Source: an uncultured Candidatus Bathyarchaeia archaeon
GTDB taxonomy: Archaea > Thermoproteota > Bathyarchaeia > Bathyarchaeales > Bathyarchaeaceae
Direction: 5' to 3'
Assembly: GCA_964418675.1 (NCBI GenBank)
Contig: CAYQMM010000002.1
Coordinates: 132,875-196,874 of the forward strand
DNA: 64,000 nucleotides
In this document: in pieces, positions 1 to 8,519 of the stretch
Layout: the number at the start of each line of letters is the position of its first letter
How positions within the stretch are numbered: position 1 is the stretch's first letter
Notes under the pieces: generated by a model
Database searches by the model: none
What the model was told of the DNA's origin: nothing
What the model saw: only the letters and a program-made list of their open reading frames with translations
Made by a program: the position numbers and the translations under genes

Positions 1-387
1 CTTCTAGGCAAAGAAGCGCTAGAGCTTGAGGATGAAGAAACCGGGGAACAGATGGCTTTTCAGTCTCTCCTAGAGCGTTTTCAGTCAGTTGACAAAGACG
101 CTTGGGTACGCTATCTTATTTATCGGGACCTGAGGAGCCGCGGATACGTTGCTCGGGAAGGCTTCGGCTTGGGAATCGATTTTCGAGTTTATGAGCGGGG
201 AGATTATGGAAGGGTCACTGCCAAGTACCTCATATTCGGCATCCAAGAAGGTCAACCAGTCACAGTGGAGGAGCTGGCGAGGACGCAGCGGTACGTCCAG
301 AGCCTCAAGAAAGATTTGGTGCTTGCGGTTATAAACCGGCGAGGGGAAATCGTTTACTATTCTCTTTCGCAGCTTACTCTAAAATGA
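1..387 (+). CDS. endA: tRNA-splicing endonuclease subunit, C-terminal domain (5' end lies upstream of the window)
   Basis: Frame 1 is open from base 1. YLIYRDLRSRGYVAREGFGLGIDFRVYERG...SLKKDLVLAV...IVYY parallels the M. jannaschii EndA catalytic domain (YLVYKDLRTRGYIVKTGLKYGADFRLYERG...HSVYLV...SVRKKLL). The expected catalytic His position reads Thr (VTAKYLIF). Confidence 0.8.
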   Translation, partial: LLGKEALELEDEETGEQMAFQSLLERFQSVDKDAWVRYLIYRDLRSRGYVAREGFGLGIDFRVYERGDYGRVTAKYLIFGIQEGQPVTVEELARTQRYVQSLKKDLVLAVINRRGEIVYYSLSQLTLK

Positions 388-405
388 AAATGATTGTGAG
401 ATAGA

Positions 406-1698
406 ATGTTCAAGACTGTCCGGGGAATGAGGGACTTCCTGCCCAAAGACGCCGAAAAAATGAGACGCGTCGAGCAGGTTTCTAGGGAACTTTCCAAACT
501 CTACGGCTACGAAGAGATAATCACCCCAGTCGTGGAATCCTATGACCTCTTGGCGGCTAAGACCGGCGAGGAAATCCGGCAGCGCATGTACACCTTTGAA
601 GACTTGGGGGGCAGAAAGGTGGGTTTGCGGCCAGAGTTCACAGCCTCTGTCGCCCGGTTGGTAGCATCTAAACTGAGGAACGAACCCAAGCCCATGCGGC
701 TCTTTTCTGTAGGAAGCCTCTACCGTTACGATGAGCCTCAATATGGACGGTTCCGAGAGTTCTGGCAAGCCAACTATGAACTCTTCGGCTCCACGCGACC
801 AGAAGCCGACGCGGAAATCCTCATACTCACCAACGACCTCCTCAAGAGACTGGGACTCCAAAATTATCGTTTCAAGATTGGGCATACAGGAATCATCAGA
901 GGCATTCTAACTCAGGAAGGTTTCGATGATGGACAGCAGAACCGTCTCATGCAGTTGCTTGACAAGAAAAGCTGGGAAGAGGCTCTTGTCATCGCCCGTG
1001 ACGCGAATGCCTCAAAGCAGTGTCTGGCAACTTTGGAGAGGCTCTTCGAAACAAAGGGTGAGGATGCCTTTCAGGTTCTCGAAAGCGTGAAGGAAATCGT
1101 TCAGGGCTACGAGAGCGCTCTTGCTGCTGTGGAGAATCTTTGGGAAATCTTTGAGCTTGTGAGAGACAGTGGAACACAGCTTGAGGTACTGGTGGAAGCG
1201 GGCTTCGCTAGGGGTCTCGAATACTACACGGGAATGATTTTTGAGTCATATATTCCGGAAATCGATGTGGCATTGGGCGGCGGAGGACGCTACGACAAGC
1301 TGATTCAACTCCTTGGAGGAGAATCAATCTCTGCTGTTGGGGTTGCTCAAGGGATTGACCGCATTGTCCTCTCCCTAAAGAAACAGAAAGTCTCCCCAAA
1401 AACCGTAAAGAAAAGAAGTGTTGTAGTCATCGCGGTGAAAGATGAGCTTATGGCGAAGGCGCTGGAGCTGGCTGATGTGCTGAGGAAAGCAGGGTTGTAT
1501 GTGGAAGTCGCGGTTATGGGGCGTTCCATCTCAAGGGCTTTGGCGGATGCTGACAGAAGGGGTGTCGCTTATGCTGTGATTGTTGGTCCCACGGAACTTG
1601 AGGAGGAGAAAGTGGTTCTGCGGGAAATGAAAAAGAGAGAACAACGGATTGTTGAAATCAGTAACCTCCCAGAGGAAATCTTAGCAGGTTCGGCGTAG
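406..1698 (+). CDS. hisS: histidyl-tRNA synthetase
   Basis: 430 aa. It has the class II aaRS HisRS pattern (VRGMRDFLP, GLRPEFTASVAR, RLFSVGSLYRYDEPQYGRFREFWQ, GGGRYD) and a C-terminal anticodon-binding domain. Confidence 0.95.
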   Translation: MFKTVRGMRDFLPKDAEKMRRVEQVSRELSKLYGYEEIITPVVESYDLLAAKTGEEIRQRMYTFEDLGGRKVGLRPEFTASVARLVASKLRNEPKPMRLFSVGSLYRYDEPQYGRFREFWQANYELFGSTRPEADAEILILTNDLLKRLGLQNYRFKIGHTGIIRGILTQEGFDDGQQNRLMQLLDKKSWEEALVIARDANASKQCLATLERLFETKGEDAFQVLESVKEIVQGYESALAAVENLWEIFELVRDSGTQLEVLVEAGFARGLEYYTGMIFESYIPEIDVALGGGGRYDKLIQLLGGESISAVGVAQGIDRIVLSLKKQKVSPKTVKKRSVVVIAVKDELMAKALELADVLRKAGLYVEVAVMGRSISRALADADRRGVAYAVIVGPTELEEEKVVLREMKKREQRIVEISNLPEEILAGSA

Positions 1699-1699
1699 C

Positions 1700-2740
1700 C
1701 TAGTCTTTGTTTCTTTCTGTGATGGCTCCAACTAGCCTAAAATATCCTAGGATTGCCACCGCCGACCATCCGAGAATTCCAAGAATGACCGTTGAGATAA
1801 CTACTATGTTAGCCAAGGGGAGTGCGATGGGGTAGATTTGTGAAAAGAGATAGTAAATTTCTAGGTAAGCATTAAAGAACCAGTGGATGATTATGGATGC
1901 TTGAGCACCATAAGCTAGGTAACTTAAGCCCAAAACTAAGCCCACTAACGTGGCAGAGGTGGTCTTCCCAATCTCCCAACCGCCTCCCAAGAGAAAGTGA
2001 GCTAAACCAAAAATTATTGAAGTGAAGAGAACCATCCCCCACTCGCCTAAGCTGATTCCACGCCTGACTCCATACTCATCCACCGTTTTTGCGCCAACCA
2101 TTCTCTTGGCTTTATCCGGAAACAACGGGGCAATAACGAAGAGTTTCAGCTTTTGCCTAAACGAAAACGTCGCTGCCTTTTTAACCCAGAATAAGTAGAA
2201 GAGTAGGAAAGCGCCGATTGGAATAATTCGGAAACCGATTTCCTCAACCACTGCGGCATATGATAGCTCGAAAAAATCTAAGAAGGGTTCGCCTGGAAGA
2301 GGAGCTGTTCCTGTTGGGATGCCGCCAATTTCCTGAAAGCTTTGAATTGCAATGACAGCGATTAATGTCATGCTGGTTATTATGGGCATTGCAAAGAGGC
2401 AGTTGCTGAAAAGTTTCTTCGCAGGTCGAACAATGCTTTCTCGGATTATTCTGTGGAAGTTTTCTCTGAGTTTCCAAGCTGCAACAAAGCTTACTGTGAA
2501 GATGCTCCAGATAAACAGGAAGATTACTCCATAGTTCAGCTTTAGGGAAATATTGAATCCTATTATTGTGAAAAACCAGACTGGCAGAGATGACAAGCGG
2601 GTCATGCTGGCGTTCATCCCTTGCGATGTGAAATAGAATAGGGCGGGTCCCAAGAAGATGGCTAAGAGGTAAAAGAAAACCGTGATGAGCACTGCAACAA
2701 TAAGAAACATCTTGGCAAACAATCTCAACGTATCATTCAT
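1700..2740 (-). CDS. CPBP (CAAX/Abi) family intramembrane protease
   Basis: 346-aa multi-pass membrane protein with the CPBP motifs EEIGFR and FGLAHF. Confidence 0.75.
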   Translation of the reverse strand: MNDTLRLFAKMFLIVAVLITVFFYLLAIFLGPALFYFTSQGMNASMTRLSSLPVWFFTIIGFNISLKLNYGVIFLFIWSIFTVSFVAAWKLRENFHRIIRESIVRPAKKLFSNCLFAMPIITSMTLIAVIAIQSFQEIGGIPTGTAPLPGEPFLDFFELSYAAVVEEIGFRIIPIGAFLLFYLFWVKKAATFSFRQKLKLFVIAPLFPDKAKRMVGAKTVDEYGVRRGISLGEWGMVLFTSIIFGLAHFLLGGGWEIGKTTSATLVGLVLGLSYLAYGAQASIIIHWFFNAYLEIYYLFSQIYPIALPLANIVVISTVILGILGWSAVAILGYFRLVGAITERNKD

Positions 2741-2811
2741 GGGAAGCTACTCCACTCCTATACTACATGGCTCTTGCGGTAATTAACTTTCAAACAACCC
2801 AATCCCCAAGG

Positions 2812-4272
2812 TTATGCCCTGAAAAAACCTTTGAGGTTCTCTTTAACGGTCCTGAAGAAAGTGTGCTTTATTTTCTCCGGTTCTTTGAGGTTTTCAAGTT
2901 GGGCGATTCTGTGGTAAGCAGGCGGGTGGGGGTCAAAACGAAGCCACTCTGACCTGCGGTAGCCTCTGAATTCAGGTTCCCTCGTGTAGAGGGGAAAGAG
3001 CCTTTTGAAGCCTATCTTTCTCAAAGCGTCTGCCATCACTTTTGGTTGCCCAATAACCTTGGCTGAGTCCAGGTCTGCTCTGCCTTCTAAGAATTTTCCG
3101 AAGAAGTAGATAAGTCCTATAGCCACTATGAAGTAGACCCAGAAGAATAAGAAACCGAAGATAAGTAGGTAGGGCAAGAAAACATAGAAGCGCAACAGAA
3201 ATTCCAAGCTGGACAGGGAGGACATGACCACGGGATCATGAGCCCTTAGATGGCTCATCTCATGACCAATCACGCTTAACAGCTCATCCTCCTCAAGCTG
3301 CGTCAAGATTCCGGTTGTGATCATTACGGTTCCAAAACTGGCGCTTGGACCAGCCGCCGAAGCGTTTGGAATTATAGTGTTTGAGACTACAATTTTTGGT
3401 ATGGGAAGCCCAAACTTTTCTGCTGCTTTCTTCACGATCTGGTAAATGTTAATTCTCTTGATGGAAAGATTCTCTGATTTGCAGTCGATACCGTAAGCCG
3501 CGAAGATTCCGCTGGAGACTTCACAGTCAGGTGATTTGCCAACAGCGATGGAAGAATCGTATATTTTCTTTCTGATTTCAGAGATATTTTTGGCGTATTT
3601 TTTCCTAAATTCCTCAAACTTTTCAGGCGAAAAATGGTATTGCAGTAGAATTATCTCTTGTTGGTCTTCTGTGATTTTCCAGTGTCCGCTTCTGGCAACG
3701 ATCTTTCCTGCGAAAATTGCCAAAGCAAACATGAGAATAACGAAGACTATGGGTCCGTAGATGCCGAATATCCAGAAAAAAGCGAATGTTAAGGTAGTTA
3801 ACATGATGTAAAGGGGCAACATGGATTCTGTAAAGATTCTTCCGATTACTCCTCTTCTCTCCTTCTCAGGAACTATCTTTTCTCCCGGCATAAAGGCGAG
3901 GTATAACGTAGTTTTTCGCATTTCCTCTTCAAACAACTGAATTGTCAGAAACAGGTCCTCATACAGCTGATCGAGAAAAGTTTTTGAAATTCCCGGATTA
4001 CTGAGCCTCATCGTTACTCCTACTGGGACATCAGTTTCCACCATGACATCTACATACTGGTCTGTCGCTGGAACCCGAACTCTGTAAGTGAGAAAGTGCC
4101 TCTCGTTTTCGACGGTGGTGCCTACGTTTCTGAAGTCTCTATATTTCCCTTGTTGAAGCAAGTAATTTCGCTTTAAAAATTCTGGGAGAAACTTTACATT
4201 TCCCGAGGAGAGTTCAGTGTCGATGGTGTATTTCACCTCGGTTTTCCCAGCGCCAATTTCTGACATTTCCAA
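2812..4272 (-). CDS. M48 family (HtpX-like) membrane zinc metalloprotease with extra N-terminal soluble domain
   Basis: HEMSHL (HExxH) motif flanked by hydrophobic segments. About 130 aa of non-membrane sequence precede the first TM segment. Confidence 0.75.
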   Translation of the reverse strand: MEMSEIGAGKTEVKYTIDTELSSGNVKFLPEFLKRNYLLQQGKYRDFRNVGTTVENERHFLTYRVRVPATDQYVDVMVETDVPVGVTMRLSNPGISKTFLDQLYEDLFLTIQLFEEEMRKTTLYLAFMPGEKIVPEKERRGVIGRIFTESMLPLYIMLTTLTFAFFWIFGIYGPIVFVILMFALAIFAGKIVARSGHWKITEDQQEIILLQYHFSPEKFEEFRKKYAKNISEIRKKIYDSSIAVGKSPDCEVSSGIFAAYGIDCKSENLSIKRINIYQIVKKAAEKFGLPIPKIVVSNTIIPNASAAGPSASFGTVMITTGILTQLEEDELLSVIGHEMSHLRAHDPVVMSSLSSLEFLLRFYVFLPYLLIFGFLFFWVYFIVAIGLIYFFGKFLEGRADLDSAKVIGQPKVMADALRKIGFKRLFPLYTREPEFRGYRRSEWLRFDPHPPAYHRIAQLENLKEPEKIKHTFFRTVKENLKGFFRA

Positions 4273-4456
4273 CCCACTGAAATAAATACTTGAAGGAAAT
4301 TTAAGTTTCGTTCTTTAGATGGTAACCTTCCATAATTTTCTTGTTCACGCGTACTCTGGGTAAGAGTTTCCTTTTTATGCAATTCTTTAATGACTTATTC
4401 TTGTCTGTAATACATATTTGGAGTGTTACGGCGAATAATCTGCGCAAGTTTTAAAT

Positions 4457-4816
4457 ATGGAGGTATATCCTAAACTAGTATTGCTGTTGAACAAAACTAC
4501 TTTTGGAGTCTCTTTAATGGAAAGCAAAATTCGAGCAGAGTCGATTTCTTCCCTTAAGCTACGAAAGAGAAGTGACATTGATATTATGGCTAACATTTTG
4601 AGTGAGGCTAACAAAGGCACGAAGAAGACGCGTATAATGTATCGATGTAATCTAAGTCACAGACAATTGCAACTCTACCTGCAACTTCTTCTCGACATGG
4701 GGTTTTTGGAGTCCGATTCGAAGAAAGAGGGCGCAAAGCTGAACCATTTTAGGACTACATCAAAGGGGATTGAGTTTCTCGACGCCTATCACACTCTTAA
4801 AGGTCTAATGAGTTAA
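4457..4816 (+). CDS. winged-helix transcriptional regulator (COG3432-like)
   Basis: DIMANILSEANKGTKKTRIMYRCNLSHRQLQLYLQLLLDMGFLE is the typical pattern of small archaeal wHTH regulators. The true start may be an internal Met. Confidence 0.55.
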   Translation: MEVYPKLVLLLNKTTFGVSLMESKIRAESISSLKLRKRSDIDIMANILSEANKGTKKTRIMYRCNLSHRQLQLYLQLLLDMGFLESDSKKEGAKLNHFRTTSKGIEFLDAYHTLKGLMS

Positions 4817-5080
4817 TGCCTCTTCTTTTTCGATACGCTGAATTTTGTTAATGAATTCAAGTATTGAAGGTTGAAGTCGAATTCTTCCTGCTTGCGTGTT
4901 TTGCTGAATGAAGTCGTATTCTCCTAAAAAATCAACTGCTATTTCTACCTTAAATTTGGACAGTGCAATGTTTTTTCCAAGTTCTTTTAAGTCATGCCAC
5001 TCGCCGTCGCTGAGCAACCACAGAATTTCGTCGATAACCGACATGCAACTTCCTCTGAAGAGATGAAGTTGTTGTGACAA
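4805..5080 (-). CDS. small hypothetical protein, possible winged helix
   Basis: ORF only. It converges on and overlaps the previous gene by 12 nt at the 3' ends. The likely start is the internal MSVIDEILWLL. Confidence 0.4.
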   Translation of the reverse strand: MSQQLHLFRGSCMSVIDEILWLLSDGEWHDLKELGKNIALSKFKVEIAVDFLGEYDFIQQNTQAGRIRLQPSILEFINKIQRIEKEEALTH

Positions 5081-5326
5081 TGCATAAATATGTTGTGAAT
5101 CCGTTCTTCATATTATTTCTGAAAAACTTCTATAAGACGAAATGCGCATTTTATATACTCTAATTATAGAAGATAAGTACAGAAAACAAGTATGGAATTT
5201 CTTTTCTTGTACCTTTATATTACTCGATAACAACAACCACTCAAGAATCCAAGCATCTCTCTTAGTTTTGTTTGGCTAAGAATCCGCTGAAGTATCCAGC
5301 GCCGAAGGTGCAAGGAGGAACCAAGT

Positions 5327-5719
5327 ATGGAAACTAATGAACTAAAAGTATTCGTTGACGAGTTAAGAAGCCAATGGAAAGATTTGTGGCGCAATCGAAT
5401 TGATGACAGGGTGAGAGCAGAAGGGATAGCCAAACAAGATTATTCAGGGCTGTTCGTCGAACGCGGAACAGTGATTATGGCAACAAGAGATTACAAGCCT
5501 CTGGAATTCTTCGACATAGTGCAAGAACACTTGACCGTGGACACAGAAAAAGCAGTTCCTCCAAATTCCACAATAGGCGGATGGGGCAAATTCATCAGAA
5601 ATAAAATACGAAACCAGAAGAAAACAACCCAAAGATCCGCTCCGCCTAAACCAACACACACAAAGGGTCAACACCCTAAGAAGGGCGGAAGAGGCTGGCT
5701 ACACGCCAAAATGCGATAA
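5327..5719 (+). CDS. hypothetical protein with Lys/Arg/Pro-rich C-terminal tail
   Basis: 130-aa ORF preceded by a GGAGG-like sequence. No family was recognised. Confidence 0.4.
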   Translation: METNELKVFVDELRSQWKDLWRNRIDDRVRAEGIAKQDYSGLFVERGTVIMATRDYKPLEFFDIVQEHLTVDTEKAVPPNSTIGGWGKFIRNKIRNQKKTTQRSAPPKPTHTKGQHPKKGGRGWLHAKMR

Positions 5720-5836
5720 GCCCTGCTCTTGCAACCAGTTTCGTTTTCTTCATTCTCCAAAATTTGGAAGCAAAACAAGAAATCTAATTCTTGGTGGAGC
5801 CACTAACAGAGAACCAGATTTTCTAACAATTATTGT

Positions 5837-5982
5837 TGGCGGGCGGGACGGGATTTGAACCCGTGACCCCGAGCTCTCTCCCTTTTCCCTGTTAGGAGGC
5901 TTACACCGGCATCGGTTCTGCCGCTCGTGCCCTATCCTGGCTAGGCATCGGTAGAAAGTTGAATGGCTTCCTATACCCGCCC
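5837..5982 (-). tRNA. tRNA-Arg(CCU) with three predicted introns and encoded CCA
   Basis: Minus strand reads GGGCGGG-TA-[27 nt]-GCCTAGCCAGGATAGGGC-A-CGA-[24 nt]-GCCTCCTA-[17 nt]-A-GCTCG-GGGTC-ACGGGTTCAAATCCCGT-CCCGCCC-G-CCA. Removing plus-strand 5947-5973, 5901-5924 and 5876-5892 gives a 75-nt cloverleaf with anticodon loop CUCCUAA. Confidence 0.8.
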
Positions 5983-6125
5983 AGCTTTTTCCCGCCAAAA
6001 TATTTCTTGCATCTTGCCTGTTATAACCCTAGCGCAGGAAAAAAGCGAAACGACGCTTTAAAAAAATCTGACCATAAGAGAGGGCAAGTAAAATTTATGT
6101 CGAAGGTAACATATGAAGTTGGGTG

Positions 6126-6243
6126 GCGGGGGTACCCGAGCCAGGTCTAAGTAGCGGGTCAGATAGATCCCCTAGGAAAAGGGGGAGGACTTAAGATCCT
6201 CTGGCGCAGGCCTCCACGGGTTCGAATCCCGTCCCCCGCACCA
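6126..6243 (+). tRNA. tRNA-Leu(UAA), class II, with one predicted D-arm intron (about 6151-6180) and encoded CCA
   Basis: GCGGGGG-TA-CCC-GAGCCAGGTCTAA-[30 nt]-GGG-G-GAGGA-CTTAAGA-TCCTC-TGGCGCAGGCCTCC-ACGGG-TTCGAAT-CCCGT-CCCCCGC-A-CCA. The spliced length is 88 nt including CCA, with a long variable arm. Confidence 0.85.
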
Positions 6244-6347
6244 TTTCTCTGAAGCATATTTGAAGCCTAATAATACTTCATTGTTGCAAACAGTCTTTTT
6301 CAGTAAAATAAGCAGAAGCTTTACTTGAATGTGAAGCGTTAATTGAA

Positions 6348-7100
6348 GTGGTAGTGGACGAGGATTTGAAATTAAAGAGAAGGGAAATCAAGTTAAGGAT
6401 AGAGTGTGTAAAGGCGGAGATACTTTACCATAAATACCAGAATTTTAAGGTGAACACTCTCCTTGTTTCCTTCGGAGAAAGGCGTCGGGTTCTCTCCACT
6501 TGGGACGGCTTCAAGGAGGTAAGCTTCGTCGCCAACACCCATCAGCCCCCTCCTCTATCAAAGATTACCATGCTTAACTATGAGGAGTTTCAAGAAAAAT
6601 TTCCCGCCAGCCTAGAAATCCCTCGTGGCAACCTCAGCTTTTTCAGCACCGGAGCCCACATGGATAACGTCGCAGTCTGCGATCAGTCCTATCAAGAGCT
6701 CACAGTCTCCTGTCTGGCTACTGGAGGCGTGGGCAACGCGCTTAGGATGGGGGTCGATAGGGCAAACTGGATGGAGCGCAATGGAAAATACGTAAACACT
6801 CATGGAACAATCAACATAATCCTATTAACCAACGTCCCTCTAACTGATGGAGCTATGGCTCGAGCTATTATAACGGCTACAGAAGCAAAAACCGCTGCCC
6901 TTCAGGACATGGATGCCAGAAGTTCGGTTTCTCCTCAAAACCAAGCAACAGGCACGGGAACCGATAACATGATGATTGTTTCGGGAAAAGGACCGGGTAA
7001 GCCGATATTATTCACTGGTGGACACACCAAGATAGGCGAATTAATTGGCGTCTCAACGAAGATTGCAGTTGCAGAGGCAATAAAGAAACAAGAGGGCTAG
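6348..7100 (+). CDS. cbiZ: adenosylcobinamide amidohydrolase (CbiZ) family protein
   Basis: GTINIILLTNVPLTDGAMARAIITATEAKTAALQDMD...ATGTGTDNMMIV matches the conserved CbiZ core. GTG start. Confidence 0.7.
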   Translation: MVVDEDLKLKRREIKLRIECVKAEILYHKYQNFKVNTLLVSFGERRRVLSTWDGFKEVSFVANTHQPPPLSKITMLNYEEFQEKFPASLEIPRGNLSFFSTGAHMDNVAVCDQSYQELTVSCLATGGVGNALRMGVDRANWMERNGKYVNTHGTINIILLTNVPLTDGAMARAIITATEAKTAALQDMDARSSVSPQNQATGTGTDNMMIVSGKGPGKPILFTGGHTKIGELIGVSTKIAVAEAIKKQEG

Positions 7101-7183
7101 CCATAAATGAGGCATGTCTTAAAAATTGCGTTTTTTTATTCAATTCGTGCAATACACTGGTACATTGGAATTCTGTGACATCT

Positions 7184-8173
7184 CTACTTTTTCTGGGAAG
7201 GCACACTAATTAGTTTCATTATTTGCAAGTCTTGAATTGGGATTACCCCAAAATCTGAATCTTGAGAGACGGGATCCAATGGAATCCAGTTATGCAGATT
7301 CTTTCCATCATCGAGTCTCTTGCTCTGGAGGGGTTTGGTGTACTCTGGTGCTTCAGGGATAAATACAGCAGAATAAACGTGGTCAGGTATTTGATCATTG
7401 TTTGTGTCTGCAAATATTAATGCTGATTCGAAGCCAATTGCAGAGAGAAGTGAACTTAAGAGAATCGCTTGGTCTTCACAGTCGCCTGCTCGTAACTTTA
7501 ATGTTGCTTCTGGAGATTGAATTTCTTCTAAATTGGTAGGGTCATATACATATTGTATTTCATCTCTAACGAATTCGAAAATCTTTCTTGCTTGTTTGAA
7601 GTCACCTGCTTCGAACCGTCGCCCCAAATTTATAGCAAGCTCACGGATACGGGGTGCGTTTGGATTCACAGAATTAATGATTCTGGTAGCAGAGCGGTCG
7701 ACATCCTCTAAAAGTCCGACTTTTTCTTTACCCTTTATTTTATTAACTACATCTGTGGCGGATTTGCACAATGTTTCCCGTACCAAATTGTTTAGTTTCG
7801 AAAGCCACAGTATTTCATCCCTTGCATACTTGGTCTTCGATCGTTTTTCTAATAAGGGAAGCAAAAAAGAATCGAGTGCTGAACTGATTCCCAGCGCATG
7901 ACCTAAGTATGTGAGTGTCAAAACATCGTTTTCTTTAATCTGTTCTCTTTTGGCCAAAGCAAAATAATGTAGCATCACACATTGCATTAGACCTGCTATT
8001 TGGCACATTACGTTGAACTCATTTGACCCGATAGTGGTTAATGAAAAGCTTGCTACAAGTTTGTTTTTTGCCTCAGAAAGAGAAGAAATTGCGTTTTCAA
8101 CCTCACCTTTACTTATTCTAGTAATCGCCTCTTGCAACAACCGATTGCATTCGATTAAAGATATTTCTGTCAA
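7184..8173 (-). CDS. transglutaminase-like cysteine protease-fold protein with helical N-terminal domain
   Basis: GDCEDQAILLSSLLSAIG is the transglutaminase-core catalytic Cys motif, and a downstream His/Asp region (DHVYSAV...PLDP) is present. Confidence 0.75.
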   Translation of the reverse strand: MTEISLIECNRLLQEAITRISKGEVENAISSLSEAKNKLVASFSLTTIGSNEFNVMCQIAGLMQCVMLHYFALAKREQIKENDVLTLTYLGHALGISSALDSFLLPLLEKRSKTKYARDEILWLSKLNNLVRETLCKSATDVVNKIKGKEKVGLLEDVDRSATRIINSVNPNAPRIRELAINLGRRFEAGDFKQARKIFEFVRDEIQYVYDPTNLEEIQSPEATLKLRAGDCEDQAILLSSLLSAIGFESALIFADTNNDQIPDHVYSAVFIPEAPEYTKPLQSKRLDDGKNLHNWIPLDPVSQDSDFGVIPIQDLQIMKLISVPSQKK

Positions 8174-8192
8174 TGGACACCACTCTTAATAA

Positions 8193-8519
8193 CTACTCCT
8201 GCAACATAAATTTATGGAGCCATCTTTCTACGCGGGAACTTAACCGTTTTGAACCAGATATTGTTCCGTCTTTGTGGACTGTAACTTCCTCATTTCCAAG
8301 CCTTAGAATCCCACTTCCCGTGTCAAACTTGGTGATGCCCCTCTTAATGAGAAACGCTTTGAATTGTTCGATGTTAAACTCTTTGCTCCTAGTAACCTTG
8401 CGTCCTTCTGCGCTTGGAACAATTATGACGCAACTACAATAGGGACATTTAACAAATTTAGAAAAAGGAGATATTTTGCCCTTATAGACTGCCCCACAGT
8501 TTTTGCAAGCCAGACTCAA
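8193..8519 (-). CDS. zinc-ribbon protein
   Basis: N-terminal CKNCG...CPYCS pair. The start overlaps the upstream stop by 4 nt (8516-8519), which suggests an operon. Confidence 0.5.
   Translation of the reverse strand: MSLACKNCGAVYKGKISPFSKFVKCPYCSCVIIVPSAEGRKVTRSKEFNIEQFKAFLIKRGITKFDTGSGILRLGNEEVTVHKDGTISGSKRLSSRVERWLHKFMLQE

Noticed and set aside
379-885. 168-aa ORF antisense to hisS. Similar long antisense or alternate-frame ORFs occur inside other genes, for example 13972-14328, 22435-22884, 41551-41994, 58157-58645 and 59684-60085.
   Set aside because: Each lies wholly within a confidently identified gene on the other strand or in another frame, and each has a low-complexity or atypical composition. 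They are treated as shadow ORFs.
5750-6150. ORFs 5750-5998 (minus) and 5959-6150 (plus) in the tRNA region.
   Set aside because: They overlap the tRNA-Arg gene and the tRNA promoters, so the sequence is explained by RNA genes.
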